Notes: generated by a model from the letters alone, not told the origin. 64,000 nt of DNA from Octopus sinensis (GCF_006345805.1 NC_043018.1:25172001-25236000); one strand, 5' to 3'; positions 1-14,094 are shown, numbered from the stretch's first letter. Made by a program: numbers and translations.

Positions 1-526
1 GTGTATTAAAGTATTGATTGGGTATCATCGGATAGTTGATGTTTTATTGATTTAAGTATGTTTCTCCATTCTCTAATTTTGTAGTATATATATATACCAA
101 ATTAATAAATAAAACATATCCAACCCATGCTAGCATGGAAAACGGACACTAAACGATGATGATGATGTACATACCTACATCTACCTGTATATATACATGC
201 ATATATGGGTACAGGACACAAAAAAAACGTCCAACACAATGAGAAACGAAAACATAAACACAAAACCAAGGAACTGGACATTTTTCTTAAACAACGAAAA
301 AATAGAGTACAGGACAAATAACACAAGGAAAATTCCCCTTCTTCAGTTGCCATTGTTTCATCTACTCCGCGTTTCGAAGGTGATATATACAGATAGATGG
401 ACAGACAGATGCACACAGAAAAACACACACACACACATATATATGACTTTGATAAGTTTCGGCCAGTATAGGCTAAGGCCATGTCTAACTTAATAGCACC
501 ACCTGGTGAAGTCTTTCAGTCATATA

Positions 527-626
527 TGGGGCACCATATATATATTATATATATACATCTATATAATATATATATATATATAGATATATATATATATATA
601 TATATCATGTATATTATATATATATT

Positions 627-690
<64 letters not shown>

Positions 691-793
691 CATGTATATT
701 ATATATATATATAGATAGATATAGATATATTTATATATATATATATCATGTATATTATATATATATATATATTATATATATACATACATACAT

Positions 794-826
<33 letters not shown>

Positions 827-842
827 TATAATATATATATAT
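527..842. repeat. (TA)n-rich compound microsatellite
   Basis: Directly visible; similar tracts at 9170-9237, 13193-13450, 15895-15968, 17345-17613 and 25400-25466. Confidence 0.95.
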
Positions 843-1304
843 GTTTGCCTGTATTTATTGGTATTTGCGTATACACACACACACACTATCTCTCCCCCAT
901 CCCTCTAGGCTGGCAATATTCCTTGATTCAGCATCTTGCTAATGGTCTGAAACCAAGGGAGGGAGATAGTGTCTACGTGTGTGTGTGTGTGTGTACATAT
1001 GTATGTGTATGGTTTGGTAGTGAGATAATTGTAGCTTCAGCTGTTAAAGAATTCCTTCCTGTTTTTCTTTTTGTTCAGTTTTTTTTCTTTCTCTTTCTTC
1101 TCCTCTGCTCCCCCCCTCCACCACCACCACCTTGCTATTTTATAGCTTATTGCTTATGTCAATAGAATTAAAGATATACTTTTACCTCCATCTGTTGTTG
1201 TTGTAGTTCAGAGACATACATATACACTCATGCCTATACATACATGTATTTACGTGTGCACAATTCACATGCGCACTATACATATACATAGATCACGTGT
1301 ATAC

Positions 1305-1660
1305 ACATACATATATGTATGTATGTATGTATGTGTATATAAATATGTATGTATATATATATGTGTATATTTGTGTATATGTATTATGCATATATGTAAA
1401 TGTGTGTGTATATATGTATATATATATATATATGTATGTATATATGTATGTATATATATATGTGTATATTTGTGTATATGTATTATGCATATATGTAAAT
1501 GTGTGTGTATATGTGTATATTTATATATATGTATATATATATTTATATATATGTATATATGTGTGTGTGTGTATGCATATATATGTGTGTGTGTGTGTGT
1601 ATGCATATATGTGTGTGTGTGTGTGTATGCATATATATGTGTGTGTGTGTATATACACAC
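1305..1660. repeat. Compound TA/TG microsatellite with internal higher-order duplication
   Basis: A ~55-nt unit recurs at about 1357 and 1457; similar tracts at 55820-56115 and 56650-57010. Confidence 0.9.
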
Positions 1661-2516
1661 TCACACCATGAACACTTGTACCAAACTTTCTCTCTTTCTT
1701 AGCCTCTTCTTAAAGAGCATTGAGTGAGGATTTTGCTCTGACTCTATACATGTTTTTATCTTTACATCTCTTACACACACACACACAGATGTTTTGCAAT
1801 CTAACTTCTTTCTCAGTCTCTCCTAAAATTAATGTTTTTCTGCAGTTTTAGTGGTCGTTAAGTTAAGGAAATCCCATGAAAATGATGGTGGGGACAGTGG
1901 CACCTGGAATAAAATTGTGAAAGGGGAATGTGTTTTTTTGGGTGTGGGGCGTGCTGGTCTTTGTCCTTCTACATCCATTTTACCATGCTTGTATGGGTCG
2001 AACAGATCTTCTTCAGCACATCATCTTGCCATATGTCATTTTTTTGTTATCTCCTTTATTAGGTTCAGCTTCCTGAGATCCCCTTTACCCAATACAAACA
2101 CACACACACATTCACAGAGAAACACACTACATCTATTCAGTCACACACACTTACATATGGCCCTGTATCTTTCATTCTCTTCACACCTCCCTCCCTCTCT
2201 CTTTCTCTCTCTCTCTTTGTCTCTCAGAGGCCCCGACTATCTAGAAAGGGTACAGTTGTAAATAGGGAACTGTCCCATCCATAGTTTAGCTAGAGGAATG
2301 TGGCTTGGTGGTTAGAGTGTTGAACTCAGGATCCTAAGATTGTGGCTTTGATTCCTAGACCAGGCGACACAGTGTACTCTTAAGCTAAACACTTCATTTG
2401 CCATTGCGACAGACCTGTGTCTTGTCCAGGCAGGGAATATATACGCCATGGAAACCAGGGAACCAGCCCCTATAAGTCTGCATTAGTCGAGAAAGTAACT
2501 TTACCTCTTTTATATA

Positions 2517-2890
2517 GGCGCAGACATGGCTGTGTGGTAAGTAGCTTGCTTACCAACCACATGGTTCCAGGTTCAGTCCCACTGTGTGGCACCTGCGACA
2601 AGTGTCTTTTACTATAAGCCTTGAGCCAACCAAAGCCTTGTGAGTAGATGTGGTAGACGGAAACTGAAAGAAGCTCCTTGTATATATATATGTGTGTGTG
2701 TGTGTGTCTGTGTCTGTTCCCCCCACTATCGCTTGACAATCGATGCTGGTGTGTTTACGTCCCCCGTAACTAAGCGGTTCGGCACAAGAGACTGATAGAA
2801 TAAGTACTTACAAAGTCCTGGGGTTGACTTGTTCAACTTAAGGCGGTACTCCATCATGGCCGCAGTCAAATGACTGAAACAAATAAAACA
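2517..2890 (+). mobile_element. tRNA-derived SINE, family A
   Basis: Head GGCGCAG..TGGCTGTGTGG (A-box-like) and GGTTCAGTCCC (B-box-like), internal (TA/TG)n, tail GACTGAAACAA; many copies in the window. Confidence 0.85.
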
Positions 2891-3586
2891 GTAGTTTAGG
2901 TGGTTGTCTTTTCCTTTAAAAGTCTCCTGTTGTAGACATCTGCTACTGAATGCTAGGGTCATGTGTAACACTATACACTCAGTTCATATAAAGGAACACC
3001 TCATTAGCTTAGACAAGGCGTTTTGCTAATATGGGTGGAGGACAGGTGTTCACTGTTGATTTTGGTACACAGGTGTTGTGTGTCTGTTAAAGAAGAAACT
3101 TGTTCTTTAGCCACAGGTCAGCACTTTCATAAGCAGACGGATTATCGAAGGTGTTCCAACCATGACCTCCCAAACTTGAGAGTGTAGAGTATGGTTTAAG
3201 GCAGATTTGATTACTGTTCTTAGTAGGTCAAGCAACCACATAGAGGCTTCGTCATTGGCTTATAGTGTAATATCCATATGAGGTATGTGGCTTTTAGGGG
3301 TGGAGGGAAATAGAGTGTGTGTTGGGGTCTGGAGAGCAATGGAATATATTTTTGATGAAGGTTTGATAATAGCTGAAATATTTTGAACTACTAAAATCAT
3401 TCTAGTTTGATGGTATAAAGATGACGACAGTGGAAGATAGATAGAGAGAGAGAGAATACAAGGCAGTTGACCTTCTAATTTGTTCTCCCTTCTAAAGACC
3501 TTGTCTGATCCTTTTTACCTGGGAATGATTGCAAGATCTCATGGGTATTGTCCCACTTTTTGTTTCTTCTACACACTTCCTTCATA

Positions 3587-4010
3587 AAGAAACATGGTTG
3601 TTGTCCAACTGGGCTGTGTGGGAAGAAGCTTGCTTCTCAACCACATGGTTCTGGGTTCAGTCCCATTGTGTGGCATTATGTTTCTTCTACTTTAGCCTCG
3701 GACCAACCAAAGCCTTGTGAGTGGATTTGGTTGACAGAAACTAAAAGAAGCCCATCATATAGATCTTTGTGTGTGTATGTGTCCTTGAGTCTTTGTTTGT
3801 CATCGTCTCCCTCCCCCTCCCCCAGTTGACAACAGGTGTTGGTGTGTTTACATCCCCATAACTTAACAGTTTGGCAAAAAGACCCTTATAGAATAAGCAC
3901 CAGGCTTGACAAAATATAAGTATTGAGATCATTTCAACTAAAAGTTCTTCAAGGCGGTGCCCCAGCTTGGCCACTGTCTAATGACTGAAACAAAGAAAAG
4001 ATAAAAAGAT
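3587..4010 (+). mobile_element. SINE family A, older copy
   Basis: Diverged match to 21712-22123. Confidence 0.7.
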
Positions 4011-4449
4011 GAAAGATCCAGTTAATTAAAACACTGAATGTGTACATTAACAAAGACTTAATTGAGTGGTTCACAGGTTTGCCCTACTAGACACATGTTC
4101 CAACCCACTGATGGCATTTTAGCCAGACCTGATACTTTATAGCATAATAGGTGTCCCTCAATACACCTATTTGTTTCTGAATGAAGGAGTTGTTGCAAAA
4201 TTTTGTCCTCTTTGTTAGATTTCTGATAAAAATTTGATGCTGTACTACTAATGTCATGACCAACCAACAAAACTTGTGTTGCTCCCACAACAACAACAAC
4301 AACAACTACTACTACTACTTCTACATTAATGGTAGAGAACTTGTGTGTTTGCAAGAAAACTTAACCCATCTGTCTATCACATCTTAACACTGATGGATAT
4401 CTCATAAGCATCCCAACCAACTTAAAGGTGTATAAGTAGGTACGTGTGT

Positions 4450-4482
<33 letters not shown>

Positions 4483-4668
4483 AGCGTAGTGACCCCCTTT
4501 CCTCGACTGATTCACCCCAGATGTTCGCATTCTACTTCCTGTTTACCCAGAGACATATCTAGCTTTTTCACTCAAATATCTCATTGGCACATTATGCATG
4601 TCCTGCTTGCTTCTTTTACACACTTCCTTCATAAACATTTCACCTCCACCCCTTCCCTACTTAAGCAT

Positions 4669-4706
<38 letters not shown>

Positions 4707-5402
4707 CCCAGCAAGCATTTGCTGTAAATATCTGACTAGCCAATAACACTATGTCCTGTTTCCTTCCAGCTCATAATGTTGGTTCCAGCACTTCCTGAAT
4801 AAACATGCCTGTCTATTCATCTGTCTATCTATCAGTTTGTCTGTCTCTCCATCTATGTATCTCTGTCTATTTGTCTGATTGTCTGTCTATCATCTATCTA
4901 TCTATTTATCTGGTTATCTCTCTATCTATTTGCCCGGCTGTTGGTCTCTCTTCCTACTTGTCTATCAGTGAGTAAAACGTCCTGTCCACTAAACACACAC
5001 ATGATAAGATCTCCTGGTCTATTAAGGTTGTGAAACTCCATTTGTCCAACTGAAATTACCCACACAATTGTAGACAAAAACTCCTTCTTTGGCAGTATTC
5101 AAAATTGAAAAAGAAATAGTAAAACAAGGAAGCTAAACTCCAATAAACTCACTTGATAAAAATTTTGAGGCAATATAGTAGATATTATATGATTCTGTGT
5201 TACCAAAAACAGCAATGCATTATCTCTGTGGTCTCGAAACTTCATTGTCTGTGTTGTCTCAAAACCTACCTACCGGCATTTCATCCATTTTTACATTTCA
5301 GTATAAATAACTCCAGTTTCTAGGTTTATGTAACCATAAGTGCAGATACACATTATTGTTATTATTATCATTTTGTTTTGCTTTTTATTTATTTTTATCA
5401 AG

Positions 5403-5560
5403 GTCCACCACGATGGTCATCTAAAAAGGCCCCAATCAGACTTGTGGCACGTCCACCAAGTTCTTGGGTCCAGTTGAAATGTCCGGCTATTGGGAACCCT
5501 AAGCCCAACATAACGTGGTATAAGTCTGGTAAACTTTTCAAAGAGGGCCAAATGAAACAG
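5403..5560 (+). CDS. FGFR: FGFR exon, Ig-like domain 2, first half (GPPRWSSKK...LKCPAIGNPKPNITWYKSGK...MKQ)
   Basis: AG acceptor 5401-5402, GTAAGA donor at 5561; phase 1 in, phase 0 out; Ig Cys and Trp motifs align with FGFR IgII. Confidence 0.95.
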
Positions 5561-6121
5561 GTAAGATGGAAAGATTTTAAAAAACTTTATTTTTTACCCC
5601 AAACTCAAGTGCCCTCCACCCCCACTTCCCATGCACCCATCTAGCAATTATTTAGACATGTAGCCTAAACCCCAACCTTAATCCATCCCTTAATCCTAAT
5701 CCTAAAACCTTGACCTAACTTTAAACCCTAAACTAATTCAGATCATTTCACAGTGTAGGCTATGGATACTGTGGCAGATCACATGCCAAAATAGCACCAA
5801 CATTCTGTGGTATTTTCAGCAGTGGTATCCTCTGGTATCCAGGCACAGCACACTTGAATGGTTTAGAAGTTCACATTGTGGTTTGAGGGAAATTTACTTA
5901 GCTGCTGTTTCCAGCAGCCTGGGGAAACATGTACAGGTTACGAAATGGATTTTTTTTTTTTTTTTGGATAGCTGGTCACTCATCTTGTTGCTAAACCATT
6001 GATCAAAGGAGGAGATAAAAGTGAGACCTGTTGGCCTAATTGTCAGCCAGTTAGACTGATAAAAAAAACCTTTTGCATTTTAGTTATTCAGCTATTAATG
6101 TATTTATATTTATTTGTTCAG

Positions 6122-6239
6122 GCAAGAAAATGGACGCTAACGATCAAGGATGTTGTTCCAGAAGATGCTGGGAATTACACATGCATTGTGAGCAATGAAG
6201 AGGGATCAATCCGCTGGACCTATGAACTCAAGATTGTTC
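6122..6239 (+). CDS. FGFR: FGFR exon, Ig-like domain 2, second half (ARKWTLTIKDVVPEDAGNYTCIVSNEEGSIRWTYELKIV)
   Basis: AG 6120-6121, GTTAGT donor at 6240; DxGxYxC motif; 118 nt, phase 0 to 1. Confidence 0.95.
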
Positions 6240-6747
6240 GTTAGTATTCTGGTATATGTTCTTAATCTGGTGTGGTTGTATTGTGTGTGTGTTTGTGATA
6301 TTGTGAGCTAGAGATTACTGAGAGTGGGGTTAAGGAGAGAGAGAAATACAAGGCGAGAAAGAAATAAGGTCAACCAACACATTGAAATGTAACTCTCTTT
6401 TTGAAAAGTCTTCCCTGGTGAAATACCCAATTAACCAGTTTCTATATGAAAATTTAAATTAAATAAATTTAATTGAAATAATTGGATATCGAAACGGCTG
6501 TAGGACTGGAATTTCAATAAATGGATTTAAATATCTATAAATAAATAAACTGATATCTGCATGTGAATTCCTCTATTTTCTCCTTTTTCTTATTCATATA
6601 TAGATATTTACATACAGAGAGAGAGACACACACACAGACTATGATTTGATAAATGCATGCACTTTTGCTGAGTTGATCACTGATTAAAAAAAAATTAAAT
6701 TAAATTTAAAAATTATTAAAAAAAGAAAAAAATTGTTTATGTTGTAG

Positions 6748-6935
6748 AGCGGGTGCCACATGCTCCCTTCATTGATGGACCAAAGAACCAAACGGTAACG
6801 TACGGGGAGACAGCCAAGTTTATGTGTAAAGTGATGATAAGTGATCTTCATCCGCACCTGCAGTGGCTCAGGCATTACGAAGTGAACGGCACCTACCAAA
6901 CAGAAAATGGGGATCCGTTTGTCCGGGTCATCAAG
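6748..6935 (+). CDS. FGFR: FGFR exon IIIa equivalent (QRVPHAPFIDGPKNQTV...FMCKV...LQWLRHYEVNG...VRVIK)
   Basis: AG 6746-6747, GTACGC donor at 6936; resembles the vertebrate ERSPHRP linker and IgIII first half; 188 nt, phase 1 to 0. Confidence 0.95.
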
Positions 6936-7204
6936 GTACGCTTTCATTACTAACATTTACATGTGAGTGTGTGTATGTGTGTATCAACACCTGACACATG
7001 GTACAGGTAGTACCTGTTCAGATAATGTCGTCTTGAGAGAGTGAGCTAATGTGCAATACAAACATTTGATCATTATAAACAAATCATTTGTGCAGGTCAT
7101 TCAGCAGAAGCTGAACACTCATTTGTTATCTTCGATGGAAGAGTCCATCATATATATATATATATATAGATATATATATACATATATATAGGGAGAGTTT
7201 ACGG

Positions 7205-7379
7205 AAAAAAACAAAAGACAAAGACAGGTGGTGTACAAAACAAACAGATGTATTAGTATAATGCTCAGGAATAGAAAAAGTCCTTTACATTTTGAGCCTA
7301 CACTCTTCTACCGAAAGGGACACAGAAAAAAGACAAGGAGAGAAAAAAAAATGTGTGGCTATCGATCTATGATGGCGAC

Positions 7380-7413
<34 letters not shown>

Positions 7414-7560
7414 GTTGAAATTTACAGTTAAACAAAAGACGAAGACAGGTGTATGAACAACAAGCAAGTGTATTAGTTTGACGCTCGGGAAAAATGAAGT
7501 CTTTCGTGTTTCAAGCCTATGCTCTTTGTCAGAAAGGAATAAGAGGAAATAAACAGAATG
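7205..7560 (-). mobile_element. Two tandem diverged Penelope-like terminal repeats with decayed hammerheads
   Basis: Related units about 7205-7340 and 7430-7560 separated by (TA)n; hammerhead-like segments at 7282-7318 and 7501-7536. Confidence 0.5.
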
Positions 7561-7698
7561 CACACACGCATACAGTGTCATATGGTGGAATACTCGACTG
7601 CTTCCACTGTCAGAATTCAATGAATAGTATGTAGTTCCTTTCATTAAATGACAGGAACATCATTGAAATCCATATAAAATTCGTGTGTGTGTAGGTAC

Positions 7699-8065
7699 AG
7701 GTTTGGCTGTGTGGCAAGTAGCTTGCTTCCCAACCACACAGTTCTGGGTTCAGTCCCACTGCATGGCACCTTGGACAAGTGTCTTTTACTGTAGCCTCAA
7801 GCCAACTAAAGCCTTCTAAGTGGATTTGGTAGATGGAAACTGAAAGAAGCCCATTATGCAAATATCTGTGTGTCTGTGGTTGTCCCCCACCACTGTTTGA
7901 CAGTTGGTGTTTATGTCCCTGTCACTTAGCAGTTTGTTGAAATGACAATAGAGTAAGTACCAGGCTTAAAAAATAAGTTCTGGGGTTTGTTTATTCAACT
8001 AAAATCTCGTCAATGCAGTGCCCCAGCATGGCCACAGTCTTAACAAGTAAAAGATAGAAGATAGA
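7699..8065 (+). mobile_element. SINE family A, older copy
   Basis: Diverged match to 21712-22123. Confidence 0.7.
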
Positions 8066-8806
8066 CACACACACACATTCATCATCATTTAACGTCCGTT
8101 TTCCATGCTGGCATGGGTCAAACAGTTTGACTGAGGTCTGGAGAGCCCACAGCTGCACCAGGCTCCAATCTGATCTGGCAAGGATTCTACAGCTGGATGC
8201 TAACACCAACCACTCTGAGAGTAGGTGCTCTTTACGTGCCACTGGCACAGGAGCCAGCCAGGCGGGCCTGGCATCAATCATATATATATATATATATATT
8301 TGTGTATGTGTGTACCCATGTGCACATACACCTATCTGCTAAATTCCAGATTTGGTTGGGTGGGGGCAGGACTTTTCCCTCAGCTTTCTTTTGAAAACCT
8401 ACTTTTCTTTCTCCATCTCCATATTTCTGGTAAGTTCTTTCTTTTACTAGGCCTCGTGCTGACCATTTTTAACAACTGAAGCAAAATGAAAGTAAAAATA
8501 TATCAAATGTTTCTTCTGTGTATTTTCCCTCTTTTTTTTTTTTTTCCTTTTTTTCTTCATAAATCTTTTAGGGTTCCAAGGTTCCATTTCTGGGTTGGAT
8601 GTTTTGGATATTACAGTACCCAGAGGGCACTTCATCTAATTCTGTCTTTTTTATTTGTTTTTTCTTTCTTTCTATTTCTCCTGTCTATTTGACTTTATAT
8701 ATAACAGATCTATTTCATATCTTTCTCTTTTTCTCTTCACACATCAGTACATTTTAATACATATATATAACATATATCACTAAATGTTATATATATATAT
8801 ATATAT

Positions 8807-8855
<49 letters not shown>

Positions 8856-8889
8856 ACAAACCTATAAATATCACAAAATCTAATATATA

Positions 8890-9135
8890 TATTCTAAAGA
8901 AGGAGAAAAAATAGAAAGCTTTTGACAATGCAGAAAGTTTCACAAAACCATTATGTTTTGGGCACAAAGGCCCATCTTCAAATTTGAATGGATTAACGGA
9001 ACCTGTTTATCTGGGCATTTCCCAGAATCATTTTGTTCTGAAGATGGGCCTTTGCACCTGAAATATAAAGATTTTGTGAAACTTTACGCAGTCAGAAGCT
9101 TTTAATTTTCTCTCTTTTTGTTCCTTCTTCAATAT
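8890..9135. mobile_element. Inverted pair of Penelope-like terminal repeats, each with a decayed hammerhead
   Basis: Perfect 16-bp inverted match 8965-8980/9039-9054 and a second match about 8935-8947/9072-9085; hammerhead-like cores at 8952-8981 (-) and 9038-9067 (+). Confidence 0.65.
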
Positions 9136-9165
9136 TATAATGCTTCAAGCTAACTACAACACTCT

Positions 9166-9239
<74 letters not shown>

Positions 9240-10840
9240 TTTTAATCTGTAGAAAAGTTACAAAAGTGACTTCAACGCTCAAGGCCTGAGTGTTTCGTGT
9301 GTGTATATAACTGTATGTGTGCTAATATATTGAATCAAAGGAGATTGTGTTAAATCCTTTCTCTTGAGTGGGTATGATTGTATAATTTTTTAAAATCTAG
9401 TTCCAAGCAACAGCAGCAACTTTTGTTGTTGATTACTGTATATATAATTATTATTTTTGGATCCAATATTTGATTTTGAGGTAATGGTTCTATAGTGCTA
9501 GGTGGCTCCTCCCTCCAATTGAATCTATCATTACACATAATAAATATAATTTCTTGCTTTTGGTACCAACTGACCCTGATTCTGTAGTTCATTAAGTGAT
9601 CTAAATTTAAAATGTCCATCAAAATTCCATGCTAATTTATGCTCTGAGCTGCAGTTTGATAATGACAAAGTTATTTTAGTAAATTCTTTATTATTTTCTA
9701 AAACAATTAGCAATATCCTAATAAAAGGGTGAGACCATTTGTCTGTAACACAAGCCCTGTTGTTGAAGGGTTTAACTTCAATCAGATGGTTGTGAGTTGA
9801 GGCCCTTTGGTTTTCATACCAGTTATATAATGAGTGGTACCACAATCATCGTCATCATCATTTAACATCCGTTTTCCATGCTGTCATGGGTTGGATAGTT
9901 TGACTGAAAACTGGTAAGATGGGGAGCTGCACCAGGTTCCAATCTGATTTGGCATGGTTTCTATGGCTGGATGCCTTTCCTAATGCCAACCACTCCAAGA
10001 GTGTAGTGTGTGCTTTTTACATGCTACCAACATTGGCCACCAGTTACATGCTTACCAACATTGACCACGATGACGATCTTACTTCATTTGACAGTTTTCT
10101 TCAAGTACAGCATATAACCAAAGGTCTCAGTCACTTATCACTGCCTCTGTGAGGCTCGGCATTCAAAGGATGCTTTTTATGTGCCACCAACACAGGTGCC
10201 AATTACGCGACACTGGCATTGGCCATGTCTACGATTTCACTTGGCTTGATGGGTCTTAATTAAATCCACTTAATAAATTTGTTCCTCGTATCCACAATAA
10301 ATTATTACCATATACAATCACAGTTGAAAAAAAATTTTGTTCTGTTATCTAGATCTAAAAGGTTTTTTGTTTATTTTGTTTTAAATATCTTAATTAAGTA
10401 TTCTAATTGATTTAGTAATCTCTGATTAGATAGGCTAGAATGGAATTTGTAATTGAAAGATCAATTATAAATGAATTTGATACTATTTCTTAATTGGACT
10501 TTAGTGTATACACTCTACTGCCCCAACCAACAGAATGAACCAGGATCATTAGTCTGTCTCTAGAAGGACTGAACATCTACTATTGTGAGGAACTCACTCT
10601 AGTGAGCCTTTCCTCCTGATCTCCCTACCCCCCACTTCAATTTCTTTCTCTCTCTCAGTAGTACCATTATCTCAAACTCTCGGATTATTAGATTAGAAAG
10701 ATTTAAGACTAACTCCAACATACTTCTATATAGTGTTTCACTTTGCATAACAACACTCACTATTTTAATTAAATTTAATCAGATTCTATTTCTTTTTCTT
10801 TCTTCTATTTTGTTTTGTCTCATTATTATTATTATTATTA

Positions 10841-10878
<38 letters not shown>

Positions 10879-12800
10879 TAAAATATTGCTTCTTAAAAGT
10901 GCATGACACAGTTTTAATATTTCTGTTATAATTTTCATTTTGTAAATAGTTTATATATATCGTGTGTATATATATATATATTTATATACATACATACATA
11001 AATATATGTATTATATGTGTATATTTGTATATTTAATTCCTCTTTTTAAATGATAAAAGAATTATCTTAGCAAGGAAGCATCAGAAAAGTAGGGTAAAAA
11101 AAATCTCAATGGCACAACATGGTGCCATGTTTCTTATATGATTAATTCATCATCATTATCATCATTTAACGTCCGCTTTCCATGCTAGCATGGGTTAGAC
11201 GCACTAATTAAGTATTGGGGTCTTCTATAGTTTCAGTTAGTCATGCTTAGGAATCCAGCCTGAAAATTGAATGACAGTTGTTTCTGCTAAGACCCTATGG
11301 ACAGCACTGGTTTAAAGCCAGTTCTGCCTGGGCAGAGAATGCGTTGATGAATTAAACCTTTTTATTGTTTAACTCTTTCAAGCTGGGTGGTACAGATGAA
11401 GTACCACTTATTTATATCAGTTCAAATGAGCAGTGGTACATAATTCATACTGAAACTTTAAAATGTTTTCACTGCATTGTCAGAAAACGTACCTCTTCAT
11501 CTATCCACCAATCAGAAGCTACCCTTTCATCTGGCAACAATTTCTGTGACACAAATGGAATATTTTATTCAGTTGAATCCATTTTGTGCCAAAGGTCAGT
11601 CAGCCAAAAAACAAGAGTACGAATTTTTGCTATAAATTTTTGCCCGTCTAGAGTTTTTTTGTTTTGCCTATCTCATGTCTGAAAGACTTCCACACGATTC
11701 TTTTTATCTTTTTGCGGGACAAGCAGATTTATTCCTATTTAACTGTGATATTTATTTTCTACGAAATGAGTGCCTGGCGACATCTGACAGGCCGAAGACC
11801 TATTTACAAACAGTATGTCAGCAATTATTTTGACTTATAGTAAAACATTAAAACTTTCATATGAGCTTTCAAATTTTAGCATGTCATTGTGGTCAATGCT
11901 AGAGGCCTAAGCCGTCAGTGCTTTTTGGTTGTGACTGGCATACTACACAAAGAATAAAGCATCGATCTTCAGCTTTTGTAGAGTAAAGGGGCCCACTGGC
12001 AAGTCTTTAATTGGTTCCCGGCACATCTTAGCACTGGCCCTACTGTTGGAAGCGGTACCTGAAAACTCTACCACCCACAATCTTTCTTGGAATAGTGGGC
12101 GGAGGTGGATGGATGAAAGTTTTTTTGTTTTGTTCTATAGTTTGTTAATCCTAATTCTCTGAACTTCTGATGATACATATCCCAGCTGTGATCATCCAGT
12201 CTTGTTACATGGTTCGGACTTTGTTGTACAAAGTGTTCTTCCTTTTTAGGTTGATCACACTACTTTCGTTTCTCTTTTGTAAGTGGAATGAGACTTTCTT
12301 TCTTTTGGCAATTTCACTGACGCCAAACACAGGGAAGTGGAAAAGAAAAAATTATATTCAAGAGGGAAAGATTGGTGATTCATAAGTGAAGGAGGAATTA
12401 AATATTTCAATAGGACTATATACATATACATTATATATATATATAGATATATACATATATGTGTGTGTATATAGGTATATAATATACATTATATATATAT
12501 ATATATATATATATAATATGTATGTATGCATGCATACGCTTATACATGTATGCATATGCTTTTACATGTATATCATACATATATAAGTACACAAACACTA
12601 TCTTTAGTCTTTTTAAGCTATTTATTTTGAATTTTTATGAGTTCAAAACATTTCATTTTTGTTCTTTTTTGTTGTAATTTTTACAGAACCGTAAGGTATA
12701 GTATTTTATTTTAATTCAAATTTTTTTTTTTTTCCTGGACTGTTTCTATTTAATTTTTTAAAAAATCAACATTTGGAAACAAAAAAAAAAGCCAAAACAA

Positions 12801-12832
<32 letters not shown>

Positions 12833-13199
12833 ATTTCCAGTGCATTTAATGTTAGTGTGTTTTTTTTTTCATTTTTGCATTGTGTTTTAATGCCCTTTCT
12901 CACTGGTGCCAATATGATTGCTAGGGGACCCACCAGAACTACTCAGACCACCCCCATTGACACACATACACACACCTTTTTTTGTTGTTTTTCTTCTGAT
13001 TGTCTTTGTTGTCGTTGTTGTTGTTTCACCACATGTTCTGTTCCCCATTGCCATGACCATCACCACAAAACTCATCTCCCACCTTCATCATCATCATCCT
13101 TATTATCACTAACATTGCTTGCTCAGGGTGGAGTTTTTCATTTCTCTTCTCTTTACCTTGCGCTTCAGCAAACTAGATCTGACAGCAGTCAATATATAT

Positions 13200-13261
<62 letters not shown>

Positions 13262-13281
13262 ATATATGTATGTATGTATGC

Positions 13282-13312
<31 letters not shown>

Positions 13313-13389
13313 CACATATATACATACATATGTATATATATATATATGTATGTATATATATATATAACATATATATATATATATATTAT

Positions 13390-13450
<61 letters not shown>

Positions 13451-13825
13451 CTTAAAACTTAACATTTTTATGAATTTCTTACATAAAACTAATCTGATTA
13501 ACCCTCTCATGAAAACAAAACATTCAGCGCGCGCACGCACACACGTACATTCCACTTGCACATAGACATATACATGTCTATGCTTATGTATTTTTACATG
13601 TATACACACTTTAGCGCCTTAATTAAGTCTGGATTAATCAAAATGTTTCATGTAAGCAAATATTTAACGTTCTTTACTAGAACTGCTAATATACATAGAT
13701 ATGTAATAAATCCATACCTGTTTATATAAGCAGATTTTATTATATGTGTATCTATATGTATGTGTGTGTATATATATATATTGTGTTTAATTCTTGTTGA
13801 TATCTCTTTATGTCTGTCGTCTCTC

Positions 13826-13876
<51 letters not shown>

Positions 13877-14094
13877 CTCCCATCCTGCTCTTGATATCTT
13901 GTCGCTGGCCAGCACAATCTTGGTGTTATCGCATTAAAATGTTTACCTCTAACAAAGATCTATAAAATCTGAAGGTGGTGGGGTGGCAGAGAGGGTGGGG
14001 GTGAAATTGGAACAGATGATGCTATATGTTGAGTTATGATACCAGTGGTATGGTATCTCCTTACCACTCTGGAAGTTAGGTTCACATATTGGAT

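Noticed and set aside
440-500. Minus-strand GGCC...GGCC-GAAAC stem resembling hammerhead stem II
   Set aside because: No recognisable CUGANGA core upstream; too degenerate to call.
102-1727. ORFs rich in Y/I/C/V/H/T, here and at 12773-13609, 17057-17773 and 55754-57166
   Set aside because: They are translations of (TA)n, (TG)n and (CA)n microsatellites with no protein signal.
2228-2249. Possible 22-nt upstream FGFR microexon (RPRLSRK, phase 1 out)
   Set aside because: The pyrimidine tract is a (CT)n microsatellite, the donor GTACAG is weak and there is no homology support.
2417-2971. Recurrent ORFs such as LPKVPRSGTEPGTMWLVSKLLTTQP at many loci
   Set aside because: They are read-throughs of SINE family A, not genes.
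8384-8429. AG...GTAAGT-bounded 46-nt segment in the IgIII intron
   Set aside because: Not a multiple of three and no coding character.
11240-12120. Unique ~900-nt segment with a 105-aa ORF (11365-11682)
   Set aside because: No Ig or other motif and stops in all informative frames; probably a decayed TE that I cannot assign.
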